DNA from: Smithellaceae bacterium
GTDB lineage: Bacteria; Desulfobacterota; Syntrophia; Syntrophales; Smithellaceae
NCBI GenBank assembly: GCA_963667845.2
Contig: CAXXVL010000002.1
Location: forward strand, 2,272,001 to 2,336,000
DNA: 64,000 nt
Direction of reading: 5' to 3'
Part shown: positions 20,929 through 33,109 of the stretch, piece by piece
Position numbering within the stretch: the first letter of the stretch is position 1
Layout of the letters: each line of letters opens with the position of its first letter
Position numbers and translations under genes: made by a program
Notes under the pieces: generated by a model
Told to the model about the DNA's origin: nothing
Database searches by the model: none
What the model saw: only the letters and a program-made list of their open reading frames with translations

Positions 20929-21141
20929 ATGAAAAAGAACATGGGCACCATTGATCGAATTATCAGAACGCTGCTGGCAATTGTTATTGTAATCCTCTAC
21001 CTGAACGGAAGTATTACGGGAGCTGCAGCTGTCATCTTGGGCATTTTCGCCTTGATCTTCCTGATCACCAGCGCGATCGGCTTTTGTCCGCTCTATGCGC
21101 CTTTCCACATTTCAACGATCGGCAAGCCCAAAAAAAGCTGA
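20929..21141 (+). CDS. DUF2892/YgaP-like small membrane protein
   Basis: MKKNMG.IDR.IR and GFCPLY...IST motifs. Confidence 0.9.
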   Translation: MKKNMGTIDRIIRTLLAIVIVILYLNGSITGAAAVILGIFALIFLITSAIGFCPLYAPFHISTIGKPKKS

Positions 21142-21203
21142 CGGCAGTTTATGTCCGGAAAAGATGCCGATAGGGGAACACGGCGGGAGTTGTTTCGGCG
21201 GAG

Positions 21204-21884
21204 ATGCGCAAGGGTACGGATACGGTGAGAAAAGATTTTGACGCGGAAGCGGCGGCCTGGGATGAAGATCCCGGACGAGTGAAAGTCGCGGCGGATATCG
21301 CACGGGCGGTCATCACCCGGGCGCACCTTACCTCCGACATGGATGTGCTTGACTTCGGATGCGGAACAGGTTTGATTTCGCTCGCCCTGCAGCCGTTTGT
21401 CCGGTCGGTTACCGGCATGGACAGCTCGCGCGGCATGCTGGATGTTTTTCAGAACAAAATTGCCGCAAGCCATATCGGGAATGTAAAAGGGGTCCTCCTG
21501 AACGCGGAGATGGCTGGCGTCTTGACGGGACATTATCATCTCGTTGTATGCAGTATGACGCTCCATCATATTCAAGCCGTCGAACCACTGCTGGGGCAAT
21601 TTTACCAGGTTTTAAATCCTGCAGGCCTCTTATGCGTTGCGGATCTGGACTCCGATGGCGGCCGGTTTCATTCCAGTTCAGAGGGGGTGTTCCACACCGG
21701 CTTCAGCCGGGAGGACATGCAGCGCATGCTTCTTACCGCAGGATTTCGAGACCTTCATGTGATGCAGGCGTCCCAAATTGAAAAGCCGGTTGGCGGCAAC
21801 CGGAAAGAGGTGTTTACCGTTTTCCTGATGACCGGCCGCAAAGCATCCGCCCAAGAACTGAATATCGGGAGCGGAAGTATCTGA
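21204..21884 (+). CDS. Class I SAM-dependent methyltransferase
   Basis: FD..A..WDE, LDFGCGTG, SMTLHH, H.GF motifs; start approximate. Confidence 0.88.
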   Translation: MRKGTDTVRKDFDAEAAAWDEDPGRVKVAADIARAVITRAHLTSDMDVLDFGCGTGLISLALQPFVRSVTGMDSSRGMLDVFQNKIAASHIGNVKGVLLNAEMAGVLTGHYHLVVCSMTLHHIQAVEPLLGQFYQVLNPAGLLCVADLDSDGGRFHSSSEGVFHTGFSREDMQRMLLTAGFRDLHVMQASQIEKPVGGNRKEVFTVFLMTGRKASAQELNIGSGSI

Positions 21885-22124
21885 CTCGTCGGTATTCCCC
21901 TTCAAGATGAACGCTGCCCGGAAGCAGGAGTGAGGCACCGTTCTTAAAAGTTGGGGGATTGCGGCCGCCCGAGTGCATTACTCTGCACGCAGCTCACCCT
22001 TTGGCCGTAAGGCCGATAAGAGAAGAATGATTCTATTTTTCATGAGCTTTACTTTCTAATTCATATTGGCATTTTATGAAAAAATATGCTCTTGTGGCCT
22101 ATCCCCTTCAAGGAGAAATAAGCG

Positions 22125-23483
22125 TTGAAAAAAGTCAAAACCGGATTCTTTTGTCAGCACTGCGGGTATATGTCGCCCAAGTGGCTGGGCAAATGTCCTT
22201 CCTGCAGCGGATGGAATTGTTTTGCCGAAGAACTGATCGCTTCTGACGAATCCGGCAGCCGGGCTGAGATGCAGTTTGGCGGCCAGCCCATGCCCATTGA
22301 TGAAATCCCGGCCCAGGAAGGAGAACGGACACTCACCGGTATTGGCGAAGTTGACCGGGTGCTGGGCGGAGGCATTGTCGGCGGGTCGGCCATCCTGATC
22401 GGCGGAGAGCCGGGCATCGGCAAATCCACGCTCATGCTTCAGGTCATGAAGAATCTGGCGCAAAACGGGAAGAAGGTTCTCTATGTTTCCGGCGAAGAGT
22501 CGGCAAGCCAGATCAAGCTGCGTGCGAACCGGATCGGCGCCGAGGCACGGGATTTACTCGTATTGGTAGAGGTATCGCTCGAAAAAATCCTGGAACAGAT
22601 TAAGAAAGTCGAACCGGCCATTGTGGTGATCGACTCTATCCAGACGGTCTATTCCGGTGATTTAATGTCCGCTCCCGGAAGCGTGGGGCAGGTGCGAGAG
22701 GCCTCCTCACGGCTGATCCTGTCGGCGAAAAAAAACGGAATTCCCGTATTCCTCGTCGGTCACGTGACCAAAGACGGTTCGATTGCCGGCCCCAAGGTTT
22801 TGGAGCACATGGTAGATACCGTTCTATATTTTGAGGGGGATTCCGGACATGCCTATCGGATCATCCGCAGCATTAAAAACCGCTTTGGTCCGACCAATGA
22901 AATCGGCGTCTTTGAAATGCAGGATCGAGGGTTGAAAGAGGTGGCCAACCCGTCGGCCTTCTTTTTGGCTGAGCGGCCGCAAAATGCCGCCGGCTCAGTG
23001 GTCGTTCCGAGCCTGGAGGGCACTCGTCCGATTCTGGTCGAAATTCAGGCGCTGGCCAGCGTTTCCAATTTAGGAATGCCCAGGCGGACGGCTATCGGCG
23101 TCGACCACAACCGGGTATCGCTTCTGGTGGCCGTCCTCGATAAGATTTGCGGCCTGCATCTGGGTGGATCCGACATCTTTATTAATGTGGCAGGCGGCGT
23201 CCGGGTGGAGGAACCGGCTGTAGACCTGGGGATTGTCGCCGCGATGGCATCGAGCTTTCTGGACCGGCCGGTGGATGCCCGGACAATTGTCCTGGGAGAG
23301 GTGGGGCTGGCCGGAGAGGTTCGGGCTGTTTCTCAAGTGGAGACCCGGGTAAAAGAGGCGGCCCGCCTGGGGTTCAATCGGTGTATCGTCCCGAAGTCCA
23401 ACATGCCTTCGCTTGCCAAAATGGCAAAAGTGGAAATTTTTTCAATCAATTCACTTGCCGAATTATTGGAGAATCTTTTCTGA
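22125..23483 (+). CDS. radA: DNA repair protein RadA/Sms
   Basis: C4 Zn finger, GEPGIGKST, KNRFG, Lon-like C-terminus. Confidence 0.97.
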   Translation: MKKVKTGFFCQHCGYMSPKWLGKCPSCSGWNCFAEELIASDESGSRAEMQFGGQPMPIDEIPAQEGERTLTGIGEVDRVLGGGIVGGSAILIGGEPGIGKSTLMLQVMKNLAQNGKKVLYVSGEESASQIKLRANRIGAEARDLLVLVEVSLEKILEQIKKVEPAIVVIDSIQTVYSGDLMSAPGSVGQVREASSRLILSAKKNGIPVFLVGHVTKDGSIAGPKVLEHMVDTVLYFEGDSGHAYRIIRSIKNRFGPTNEIGVFEMQDRGLKEVANPSAFFLAERPQNAAGSVVVPSLEGTRPILVEIQALASVSNLGMPRRTAIGVDHNRVSLLVAVLDKICGLHLGGSDIFINVAGGVRVEEPAVDLGIVAAMASSFLDRPVDARTIVLGEVGLAGEVRAVSQVETRVKEAARLGFNRCIVPKSNMPSLAKMAKVEIFSINSLAELLENLF

Positions 23484-23525
23484 TCCGGTTTGAAGAAAGA
23501 CTCATTAAAAAATTGTTCAAAAACC

Positions 23526-23553
23526 TTGACATGGCTGAAATAGTGCATAAGAT
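23526..23553 (+). promoter_or_regulatory. Sigma70-type promoter of groESL
   Basis: TTGACA-16 nt-TAAGAT. Confidence 0.55.
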
Positions 23554-23617
23554 AGCGCGGCTTGTAGGCAGCACTCATAAAGTGAAATCATAAAAGGAAG
23601 AAAGGAGAATTAAAAAC

Positions 23618-23908
23618 ATGAATATCAGACCTTTACAGGATCGCATCATTGTAAAACGTTTGGAAGAAGAAACAAAGACCAAGGGGGGCATCATCATTCC
23701 CGACTCAGCCAAGGAAAAACCTATTGAAGGCAAAGTAATTGCAGTTGGCAAGGGTAAAAAGACAGAAGAAGGCAAATTGATCGCTTTGGATGTTAAACCG
23801 GGCGATAAAGTCCTTTTCAGCAAATATGGCGGCACCGAAGTCAAGATCGATGGTGAAGAATACCTGATCATGAGAGAAGACGACATTCTGGGCGTTATTG
23901 AAAAATAA
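23618..23908 (+). CDS. groES: Co-chaperonin GroES
   Basis: [28 protein letters not shown]. Confidence 0.99.
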   Translation: MNIRPLQDRIIVKRLEEETKTKGGIIIPDSAKEKPIEGKVIAVGKGKKTEEGKLIALDVKPGDKVLFSKYGGTEVKIDGEEYLIMREDDILGVIEK

Positions 23909-23919
23909 GAAAATATTAA

Positions 23920-25578
<1,659 letters not shown>

Positions 25579-25629
25579 GAAAAAAGCAGGCTATTAGGCT
25601 GTAGACATTTAGACTGTTAGGTTAAAAGG

Positions 25630-25663
25630 AAGGCCCCCTGTCCGCGAGGATAGGGGGCTTTTT
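25630..25663 (+). terminator. Rho-independent terminator of groESL
   Basis: GCCCCCTGTCC-GCGA-GGATAGGGGGC stem followed by a T-run. Confidence 0.85.
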
Positions 25664-25844
25664 ATTGTTCATTCAGCCGCTACACCCTTTTAGTTGGAAT
25701 GGGGAGCGGTGCGGGGGATCATTATGGCGAACCTTTTACCCCACCGGAAAAGGGCTATCTGATTGTCATAGAAATTGACGGCCCGAAAGAGAATGGGCAA
25801 ACAACGTTTAAGCATCCCATTAAAGGATAAATGACGATCGTAAG

Positions 25845-25872
25845 TTGACATAGTGAAGATGACGGCTAAACT
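25845..25872 (+). promoter_or_regulatory. Sigma70-type promoter of the metal-efflux operon
   Basis: TTGACA-16 nt-TAAACT. Confidence 0.5.
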
Positions 25873-25950
25873 AATAAAATAGCGAAGAAAAGATTTACTG
25901 AGTTGCGCGTCGACTTGAGAATAAAACAAGAAACAGGAGGAATGAAAATC

Positions 25951-26346
25951 ATGAAGCGAGTTACTTTATTTTTGGCAGTGATGGTGTTGGTGGCCGGCAG
26001 TATTTCGGCGTATGCCAAAGATTACGAGATGACGAAGAAGGCCGGTGATTATACCATACAGGTAGCGATTGATAAAAATCCGCCGGTAACCGGAAATAAT
26101 AACATGACCGTCATGATTAAGGATGCGACGGGTAAACCGGTAACGGATGCTTCCGTTGCCATTGACTATGGCATGCCCGCTATGTCCGGCATGGGCGCGA
26201 TGAATTACAAGACGAAAGCCGCGTCCAAAGGGGATAAGAATATCGCCACGCTCAATTTCTCGATGGCCGGTCCCTGGTATGTCAATATCAAAATTACCCG
26301 CGGCGGCAAAACTGAGACGGTCAAATTAAATGTCGATATCAAGTAA
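25951..26346 (+). CDS. YtkA/FixH-like periplasmic Met-rich protein
   Basis: Signal peptide, NPP..G.N, GMPAMSGMGAM, FSMAGPW. Confidence 0.8.
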   Translation: MKRVTLFLAVMVLVAGSISAYAKDYEMTKKAGDYTIQVAIDKNPPVTGNNNMTVMIKDATGKPVTDASVAIDYGMPAMSGMGAMNYKTKAASKGDKNIATLNFSMAGPWYVNIKITRGGKTETVKLNVDIK

Positions 26347-27604
26347 GTTCGTAAATATTTGGCTTTTGCTTTCAGGGATCATTCTTTTCGCCGTGCTTCC
26401 GGTGCAGGCCGATCCGGTGCTTTCCGGTTTGATTGATGAGGCGCTGAAGAATAATCCCGAAATCCAGGCGTCACAGGCCCGGATTGAGGCGGCCCGATTA
26501 CGAATCCCTCAATCCGGCAGCCTGCCTGATCCGATGTTCATGTTCGGCTATCAGAATGACGGGTTTGAACGCTATAACTTGGGCGAAACGAACGATTCCC
26601 AGTGGATGTTTACTTTGACGCAGCAATTCCTGTTTCCGGGGAAGCGCCGGCTCAAGGAAGACATGACGGCGCGGGATGCCGAGAGTCTGGAAGCCATGCA
26701 CGAACTCTTAAAGCTGAAAACGGCGGCGCGGGTCAAGGAGCTTTACTACGACTTGTTTTTTGCCCACAAAACCCTGGAACTGTATGCGGACAAACGGGCC
26801 CTGCTCGATCGGATAGAAAGCCTCACGCTGTCGCGGTATGCTGCCGGAAAAGCCATGCAACAGGATGTCCTGATGGCGCAAACCGAAAAATACATGCTTT
26901 TGGAAAAAGAACAAATGACCGGACAGAGGATCCGCTCCGGGGAAGCCATGTTGTCGTCCGCCATCGGTCGCTATCGGGGTTTGCCCCTCCCAAAGCCTGC
27001 GGAGCCCGCCTATCAATCGTTTCCGCTTACGATCGACGCCGTTCTCGACATGGCGATGCAGCATTCTCCGGAACTGAAATCCCGCGGCAAAATGATCGAG
27101 GCCGCGAACACCAGACTGGCCATGGCGCAAAAAGAATTCTACCCTGATTTCGCTCTCTCCGGCGGTTATTTTAGAAAGGGAGGAGATTTTATGGATATGT
27201 GGAGCGCCACGGCAACCATTAATCTCCCGATCTATTTTTTTACAAAACAAAAACCCGCCGTGTCGGAAGCCAAAGCGAATATTCGCCAAGCCGATCGTGA
27301 CCTGGAAGCCACCCGCGTCATGATTGAAGCGGCACTGCGCGATAACTATGCGATGCTGCGCACATCGGAGAAGCTCATTGACCTGTATCAAAACGGACTC
27401 CTTCCCAGAACGAGACAGGATATTGAGCAGACCCTGACGGGTTATTCGACAGGCCGGCAGGAGGCTGCAAGCGTGATATCGCGGGTTAAGACAATGCTTG
27501 ATTACGAGCTTTTATACTGGGGACAACGGGTTGAACGGGAAAAATCCATTGCACGGATGCATGCCATTACGGCCGGATCGGCCGGCGAAGGGGAGAAAAA
27601 ATGA
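26330..27604 (+). CDS. TolC-family outer-membrane efflux protein (CusC-like)
   Basis: Signal peptide, NNPEI, LPDP, FPGK, YPDF; first gene of the tripartite RND set. Confidence 0.9.
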   Translation: MSISSKFVNIWLLLSGIILFAVLPVQADPVLSGLIDEALKNNPEIQASQARIEAARLRIPQSGSLPDPMFMFGYQNDGFERYNLGETNDSQWMFTLTQQFLFPGKRRLKEDMTARDAESLEAMHELLKLKTAARVKELYYDLFFAHKTLELYADKRALLDRIESLTLSRYAAGKAMQQDVLMAQTEKYMLLEKEQMTGQRIRSGEAMLSSAIGRYRGLPLPKPAEPAYQSFPLTIDAVLDMAMQHSPELKSRGKMIEAANTRLAMAQKEFYPDFALSGGYFRKGGDFMDMWSATATINLPIYFFTKQKPAVSEAKANIRQADRDLEATRVMIEAALRDNYAMLRTSEKLIDLYQNGLLPRTRQDIEQTLTGYSTGRQEAASVISRVKTMLDYELLYWGQRVEREKSIARMHAITAGSAGEGEKK

Positions 27605-28827
27605 GACGAGCGACCAGCCGATGGGTCCAATTACTGATTTTTCCGATTACGGGCTGCCTGTTGCTTTTTATGGCAGCGCCGATTCCGGCCCAGGATCACG
27701 CGCAGCATGGGAAACCGGCTGCCGCGGCGGCCGAGATGAAACCAGCCCCGGCCAAGCGGACTCCGCAGGCGGCCCAGCCTGCCGAAGAGGTCCCGCAGGT
27801 GGAAATCTCATCTGACCAGCAAAAGCTCATCGGCGTCAAAACCGTCAAAGCGGCATATCTTCCGATGAAAAGGGTCATCCGGACGGTCGGGAGAGTCGAT
27901 GTGGATGAAAGCCGTCAGGCGACGATCAACGCCAAAATCGAGGGCTGGATTGAAAAACTTTATGTGGACAAAACCGGCAGTTACGTCAAAAAAGGCGAGA
28001 AGCTCGCCGAAATTTACTCTCCGGAACTTGTCGCGACCCAGGAGGAATTCCTGACGGCTTTAAAGTGGTCGAAGGAAACAGCGGCAGCTTCGCAAGGGGA
28101 AAAAGCGGCGTCATCCGATATCAACAAGATGCTGGCGAAGGACGCGGCAGCGACGCTTGCGGCGGCACGCCAGCGGCTCGTGTGGTGGGACATCTCACCC
28201 GCTCAGATTAAAACTATCGAGGAGACGGGCAAGCCCGTCCGGACGCTGACGCTCTATGCTCCGGTTTCCGGCTTTGTGACGCAAAAAATGGTTGTTGCCG
28301 GAATGAAGATCATGCCCGGGGAAAAAATGTTTGACATCGTCGATCTTTCCAGTCTCTGGGTCATCGCGGATATTTATGAATACGAGCTGCCGTTTATCAA
28401 GGTCGGAAACCCGGCGACGATCACTCTGGCTTATCTTCCCGGCGTGGAGATGTCATCTCGGATCGACTACATTTATCCCACCCTGTCAGCGGAGACGCGG
28501 ACGATAAAAGTGCGCCTGAAGATTGCCAATCACCATAATCAACTCAAACCGCAGATGTTTGGTGACGTGGAAATTCACGTTGATCTGGGACGGAGACTCG
28601 TTATCCCGGAATCCGCTGTCATGGATACCGGCACGGCCATGGTGGTTTATGTGGATCGCGGGGAAGGCGCCTACGAGCCCCGGGAAATCAAAACGGGGAT
28701 CCGGACGGAAGGTAATATTGAAGTGCTGCGCGGTTTGAAAAACGGCGAGCGCGTGGTGGTGGCCGCCAATTTCCTGGTGGATTCCGAGGCGCAGTTGAAG
28801 GGGATCAAGCCACTGCCTTCTAAATAA
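27601..28827 (+). CDS. cusB: RND periplasmic adaptor (CusB-like)
   Basis: GWIEKL, IYSPEL..TQEE, LKPQM, ANFL.DSE. Confidence 0.88.
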   Translation: MRRATSRWVQLLIFPITGCLLLFMAAPIPAQDHAQHGKPAAAAAEMKPAPAKRTPQAAQPAEEVPQVEISSDQQKLIGVKTVKAAYLPMKRVIRTVGRVDVDESRQATINAKIEGWIEKLYVDKTGSYVKKGEKLAEIYSPELVATQEEFLTALKWSKETAAASQGEKAASSDINKMLAKDAAATLAAARQRLVWWDISPAQIKTIEETGKPVRTLTLYAPVSGFVTQKMVVAGMKIMPGEKMFDIVDLSSLWVIADIYEYELPFIKVGNPATITLAYLPGVEMSSRIDYIYPTLSAETRTIKVRLKIANHHNQLKPQMFGDVEIHVDLGRRLVIPESAVMDTGTAMVVYVDRGEGAYEPREIKTGIRTEGNIEVLRGLKNGERVVVAANFLVDSEAQLKGIKPLPSK

Positions 28828-28868
28828 TGTGCAAGAGACCAAATTGCCGCAAATGGGAAAGATGACGC

Positions 28869-31800
28869 ATGATTGGGAAAATCATTGAATTCAGCAGCCG
28901 CAACAAATTTCTTGTATTCCTGGTCATTTCTTTCACTATTGCCTGGGGATTGTGGACGCTCAAAAATACACCGCTCGATGCCCTGCCGGATTTAAGCGAT
29001 ACTCAGGTTATCATCTATACCGAATGGCCGGGCCGCAGCCCGGACCTGGTGGAAGACCAGGTGACGTATCCCATTACCTCGACGCTGCTTGCCGCGCCGA
29101 AAGTCCAGGCGGTGCGCGGATTCTCCTTTCTGGGCAGTTCCTTCATCTACGTCATCTTCGAAGAAGGAACGGATATCTACTGGGCCAGAAGCCGCATCCT
29201 GGAATACCTGCAGGCGGTAAAAAACAAAATCCCGACGGATGTCAATCCGGTTTTGGGCCCGGACGCGACCAGTCTGGGCTGGGGATTTTCGTATGCTGTC
29301 GTGGATGAAACAGGCCAACTCGACCTGGCTCAGCTTCGCTCCCTGCAGGACTATAACGTCAAACTGGCGCTGGAGAGCGTCGCCGGCGTGTCTCAGGTGG
29401 CGAGTATCGGCGGCTTTGTCAATCAATATCAGATTACGGTTGATCCCAATCGGCTGTCCGCCTATCGTCTGCCGATCACGAAAGTCATCGAAGCGGTCCG
29501 CAAAAGCAACCGCGATGTCGAAGGCCGGGTGCTGGAATTTTCCGGCGCCGAATACATGGTACGGGGACGCGGCTATCTCAAAACGGTTAAGGATCTGGAG
29601 GATATCGCGGTGGGCGCAAGCGCCGCCGGCACTCCCGTCTATTTGAGAGATGTCGCCCGTGTGCAGCTCGGACCGGAAATTCGCCGGGGTCTTGCCGATC
29701 TGGACGGGAAGGGGGAAGTCGCCGGAGGGATCGTGATTGTCCGCTTTGGCGAAAATGTGCTCAATGTCATTGAACGGGTCAAGGATAAAATTAAGAATGA
29801 CGTTACGCCGAGCCTGCCTAAAGGCGTAAAAATTGTCACGACGTACGACCGCTCCGACCTGATTCATCGTTCGATCGCCACGCTCAAAGACGAGATTATC
29901 AAACTGGCCATTGCCGTGAGCGTTGTCTGCCTGATCTTTCTATTTCACCTGCCGAGCGCGCTCGTCGTCATTGTGACACTTCCCGTGGCCATCATCATAT
30001 CCTTTATCTGCATGTATTATCTCGGCGTCACATCCAATATCATGAGCCTCTCGGGCATCGCCATTGCGATCGGGGCGATGGTGGATGCGTCGATCATCAT
30101 GGTGGAAAACGCCCATAAAAAGATCGAAGAGTGGGAACGGGAGGGGAGTCCGGGCGTGAGAACCGATGTCATCATCTCGGCAGCCCGGGAGGTCGGACCG
30201 TCCCTTTTCTTTGCCCTGCTGGTGATAACGGTCGGATTTCTGCCCGTCTTTACGCTGGAGGCACAGGCCGGACGCCTGTTCAAGCCGCTGGCCTATACGA
30301 AAACATTCGCGATGCTCTTTTCCTCTTTCCTGGCAATTACGTTGACTCCGGTGCTGATGACCTTATTTATCCGCGGGAAAATTCGCCCCGAAGAAAAAAA
30401 TCCGGTGAGTCGTTTCCTGCACAAAATCTATGAACCGGTTGCCCATATCGCGCTGCGCTTCCGGAAGACGGTGATCATCGTCGCTCTCGTCATCATGGCG
30501 GTCACGGTTTATCCGTTTTTGAAACTGGGATCGGAATTTATGCCGCCGCTTTACGAGGGTTCGCTGTTCTATATGCCGGTGACCATGCCAGGCGCTTCTG
30601 TTTCAGAAGCGGCACGGCTCCTGAAAATGCAAGACGAGATTCTGATGAAGATACCGGAAGTGTCGCAGGTCTTCGGCAAGGCGGGACGGGCGGAAACGGC
30701 TACCGATCCCGCGCCGCTGGAAATGTTTGAAACCGTCATTAATCTCAAACCCGAGGATCAATGGCGCAAAGGGATGACAAGCGAAAAAATCAAAGATGAA
30801 ATGAACGATGCCCTGAACATCCCCGGCGTATCGAATTCTTTCACCATGCCTATCAAAGCGCGCATTGACATGCTGGCCACGGGGATTCGCACACCGGTAG
30901 GCATCAAGATCCTGGGACCCCATCTGGAGGAGATTGAAAAAATCGGGATTCAGCTGGAGAGTCTGTTGCGTGATGTTCCGGGAACGCGCAGCGTTTATGC
31001 GGAGCGAGTGGCAACGGGTTACTTCCTGGATATTGCCGCCAGACGCGAAGCCATTGCCCGCTATGGTCTCGCTGTCGATGATGTCAACGAAGTAATCCAA
31101 ACCGCCATTGGCGGCATGAATCTGACCACCACGGTCGAAGGACGGGCGCGCTATCCCGTTAATATCCGGTATCCGCGGGATCTGCGTAACGATGTAGAGA
31201 AGCTCAAACGGATTCTGGTGCCGGTGATGACCGCACCCGGCGCTTCGAGTCCCGCTGCCTCCGCTATGGGCACTCCCGGCGACAAGCTGCAAGTGCCCTT
31301 GGGAGAATTGGCGGAGTTTCGGGTTGTCCGGGGAGCTACGTCGATCAAGAGCGAAGAAGGGCTGTTGGCGTCGTACGTGTATATTGACATGACCGGCCGC
31401 GATATCGGCAGTTACGTGGAAGACGCCAGGAAGAAAGTGGCGTCGTTCAAACTGCCTGAGGGATACCGCCTGGTCTGGAGCGGAGAATACGAGAATATTC
31501 TTAGAACCCACGAGCGCTTAAAGCTGATCATTCCTCTGACGCTTTTGATTATTTTTGTGATTCTCTTCCTCAATACCCGCTCGGTGACCAAGACGGTGAT
31601 CGTGCTTCTGGCCGTTCCTTTTTCCCTGGTTGGTTCCTTCTGGCTTCTGTATCTGCTCAATTACAATCTGAGCATTGCAGTCTGGGTGGGGATCATTGCG
31701 CTGGCCGGTCTCGATGCGGAAACCGGGGTCGTTATGCTCTTATACCTCGATCTGGCTTATGAGAAGCGGAAGGCAGATGGCCAGATGAAAACAAGAGACG

Positions 31801-32045
31801 ATTTGGAAAGCGCCATCATGTTTGGCGCCGTCAAACGCATTCGTCCCAAGATCATGACGGTGAGCGTCATCCTGGCCGGTTTGATTCCGATTATGTTCAG
31901 CACCGGCGCCGGCGCCGATATCATGAAGCGAATTGCCGCTCCCATGGTGGGCGGTGTGATTACCTCCACCATTCTGGAACTAATCATTTATCCTGCCATC
32001 TACATGATCTGGAGAGGAAGAAGTTTAAAAAAGACCGTATCATGA
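28869..32045 (+). CDS. cusA: CusA-type Cu(I)/Ag(I) RND efflux pump
   Basis: DALPDLSDTQVI, LGPDAT, Met triad (EFMPPL, PLEMFET, IDMLATG), RIRPKIMT. Confidence 0.93.
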   Translation: MIGKIIEFSSRNKFLVFLVISFTIAWGLWTLKNTPLDALPDLSDTQVIIYTEWPGRSPDLVEDQVTYPITSTLLAAPKVQAVRGFSFLGSSFIYVIFEEGTDIYWARSRILEYLQAVKNKIPTDVNPVLGPDATSLGWGFSYAVVDETGQLDLAQLRSLQDYNVKLALESVAGVSQVASIGGFVNQYQITVDPNRLSAYRLPITKVIEAVRKSNRDVEGRVLEFSGAEYMVRGRGYLKTVKDLEDIAVGASAAGTPVYLRDVARVQLGPEIRRGLADLDGKGEVAGGIVIVRFGENVLNVIERVKDKIKNDVTPSLPKGVKIVTTYDRSDLIHRSIATLKDEIIKLAIAVSVVCLIFLFHLPSALVVIVTLPVAIIISFICMYYLGVTSNIMSLSGIAIAIGAMVDASIIMVENAHKKIEEWEREGSPGVRTDVIISAAREVGPSLFFALLVITVGFLPVFTLEAQAGRLFKPLAYTKTFAMLFSSFLAITLTPVLMTLFIRGKIRPEEKNPVSRFLHKIYEPVAHIALRFRKTVIIVALVIMAVTVYPFLKLGSEFMPPLYEGSLFYMPVTMPGASVSEAARLLKMQDEILMKIPEVSQVFGKAGRAETATDPAPLEMFETVINLKPEDQWRKGMTSEKIKDEMNDALNIPGVSNSFTMPIKARIDMLATGIRTPVGIKILGPHLEEIEKIGIQLESLLRDVPGTRSVYAERVATGYFLDIAARREAIARYGLAVDDVNEVIQTAIGGMNLTTTVEGRARYPVNIRYPRDLRNDVEKLKRILVPVMTAPGASSPAASAMGTPGDKLQVPLGELAEFRVVRGATSIKSEEGLLASYVYIDMTGRDIGSYVEDARKKVASFKLPEGYRLVWSGEYENILRTHERLKLIIPLTLLIIFVILFLNTRSVTKTVIVLLAVPFSLVGSFWLLYLLNYNLSIAVWVGIIALAGLDAETGVVMLLYLDLAYEKRKADGQMKTRDDLESAIMFGAVKRIRPKIMTVSVILAGLIPIMFSTGAGADIMKRIAAPMVGGVITSTILELIIYPAIYMIWRGRSLKKTVS

Positions 32046-32112
32046 CTCTGCTTTACATCCAGAGACTGCGTAAGCTGCCGTCAAAGCATGCGTGGATGAT
32101 GTAACCAATTTC

Positions 32113-32460
32113 TCAGCGCAGCTCGAGCAGGCTCATCCGGATCCGGTCCGACAGCGCATACCAGCGCTGGACGCTGTTTTCGAGCCGGTAGTAGTGGAGC
32201 AGGTAGGCAGCCGACAAAATGAGCAGTAACCCGGTGAGCAGCATGCAGGGAAGGCCCGTGTAAATCAGCGTGAAGCCTAAAGCCAGGAGAAAGAACAGGC
32301 AGACAAACATCATGGTAATCAGGTGGGCCAGTCGTTCCTGCTGCATCCAGGAAATCTGTTTGTCGTGGTAGCTGGCGAGCTCGCGAAGGACCTCTTGTCC
32401 CGGGTTCGTTTCCACAAGCTCCGAAACATAGCGTTCATGCCTTTTGATATAGTCGATCAT
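32113..32460 (-). CDS. Hypothetical two-TM membrane protein
   Basis: QQERLAHL and HYYRLENSVQRWY flank two TMs; GGAAAGG RBS. Confidence 0.75.
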   Translation of the reverse strand: MIDYIKRHERYVSELVETNPGQEVLRELASYHDKQISWMQQERLAHLITMMFVCLFFLLALGFTLIYTGLPCMLLTGLLLILSAAYLLHYYRLENSVQRWYALSDRIRMSLLELR

Positions 32461-32477
32461 AATTTGCCTTTCCGTTT

Positions 32478-33044
32478 TTAATGTCTGGCTATTCTGGGGA
32501 AAAACATCGGTGTCCTTCTCTTATAGTCGAGATATGCCGGACCCAACCTCATGACCAGTTCCGGTTCTTCGATCGCCTTCAGTTCGAGGACGTTGATCAA
32601 AATGAAGAGCGGCGTAAAAATAAAAAGCAAAGTAACGGACTGAAACAAGAAGCCCAGTCCGAACAACAGCAGGAAAACTCCGCTCAACATGGGATTGCGG
32701 ATATAGGCGTAGGGGCCGGTCGTAATAAGGACCGGCGGTGGATTGAACGGGACAGGAGTGCCTTTCGCCTTAAGAAAGTTGTACAGGCACCACAACGCCA
32801 ACGTGAGCCCGCTGCCGGCGAAGATGATGGACAACCAGATGTTGACGGGTGTACCGGGGAACTCAGGCAAATGAAACCAGTGGTCTATCAGCAAAGAAAC
32901 GATCACAAACAATGTTGAAAACAGGAAATAGGACAGGCCGACCACGGGGGTGAGAATCATCCGCATCTTTCTGCTTCCCGTTGCAATGGTGTAAATGAGG
33001 TCAATCCAATTTGCTTTGATGCCCATAGTATTATCCTTTCCCAT
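32478..33044 (-). CDS. Isoprenylcysteine carboxyl/phospholipid methyltransferase family protein
   Basis: GTPVP..PP..L...GPY.YIRNPM, EE..L...G..Y..Y....P.F.P. Confidence 0.88.
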   Translation of the reverse strand: MGKDNTMGIKANWIDLIYTIATGSRKMRMILTPVVGLSYFLFSTLFVIVSLLIDHWFHLPEFPGTPVNIWLSIIFAGSGLTLALWCLYNFLKAKGTPVPFNPPPVLITTGPYAYIRNPMLSGVFLLLFGLGFLFQSVTLLFIFTPLFILINVLELKAIEEPELVMRLGPAYLDYKRRTPMFFPRIARH

Positions 33045-33109
33045 ACTCCGGAAAATTCATAGGGCGAAGGCATTTCTTTCCCTTATGAAACACGATAGCG
33101 ATGTTGCGT

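Noticed and set aside
23568..23595. Possible CIRCE (HrcA) operator before groES
   Set aside because: Only a partial left arm (AGCACTC) is present; there is no GAGTGCTAA arm 9 nt downstream.
25588..25623. Short degenerate TAG(G/A)C(T/A) tandem repeats after groEL
   Set aside because: Too short and degenerate to assign a function.
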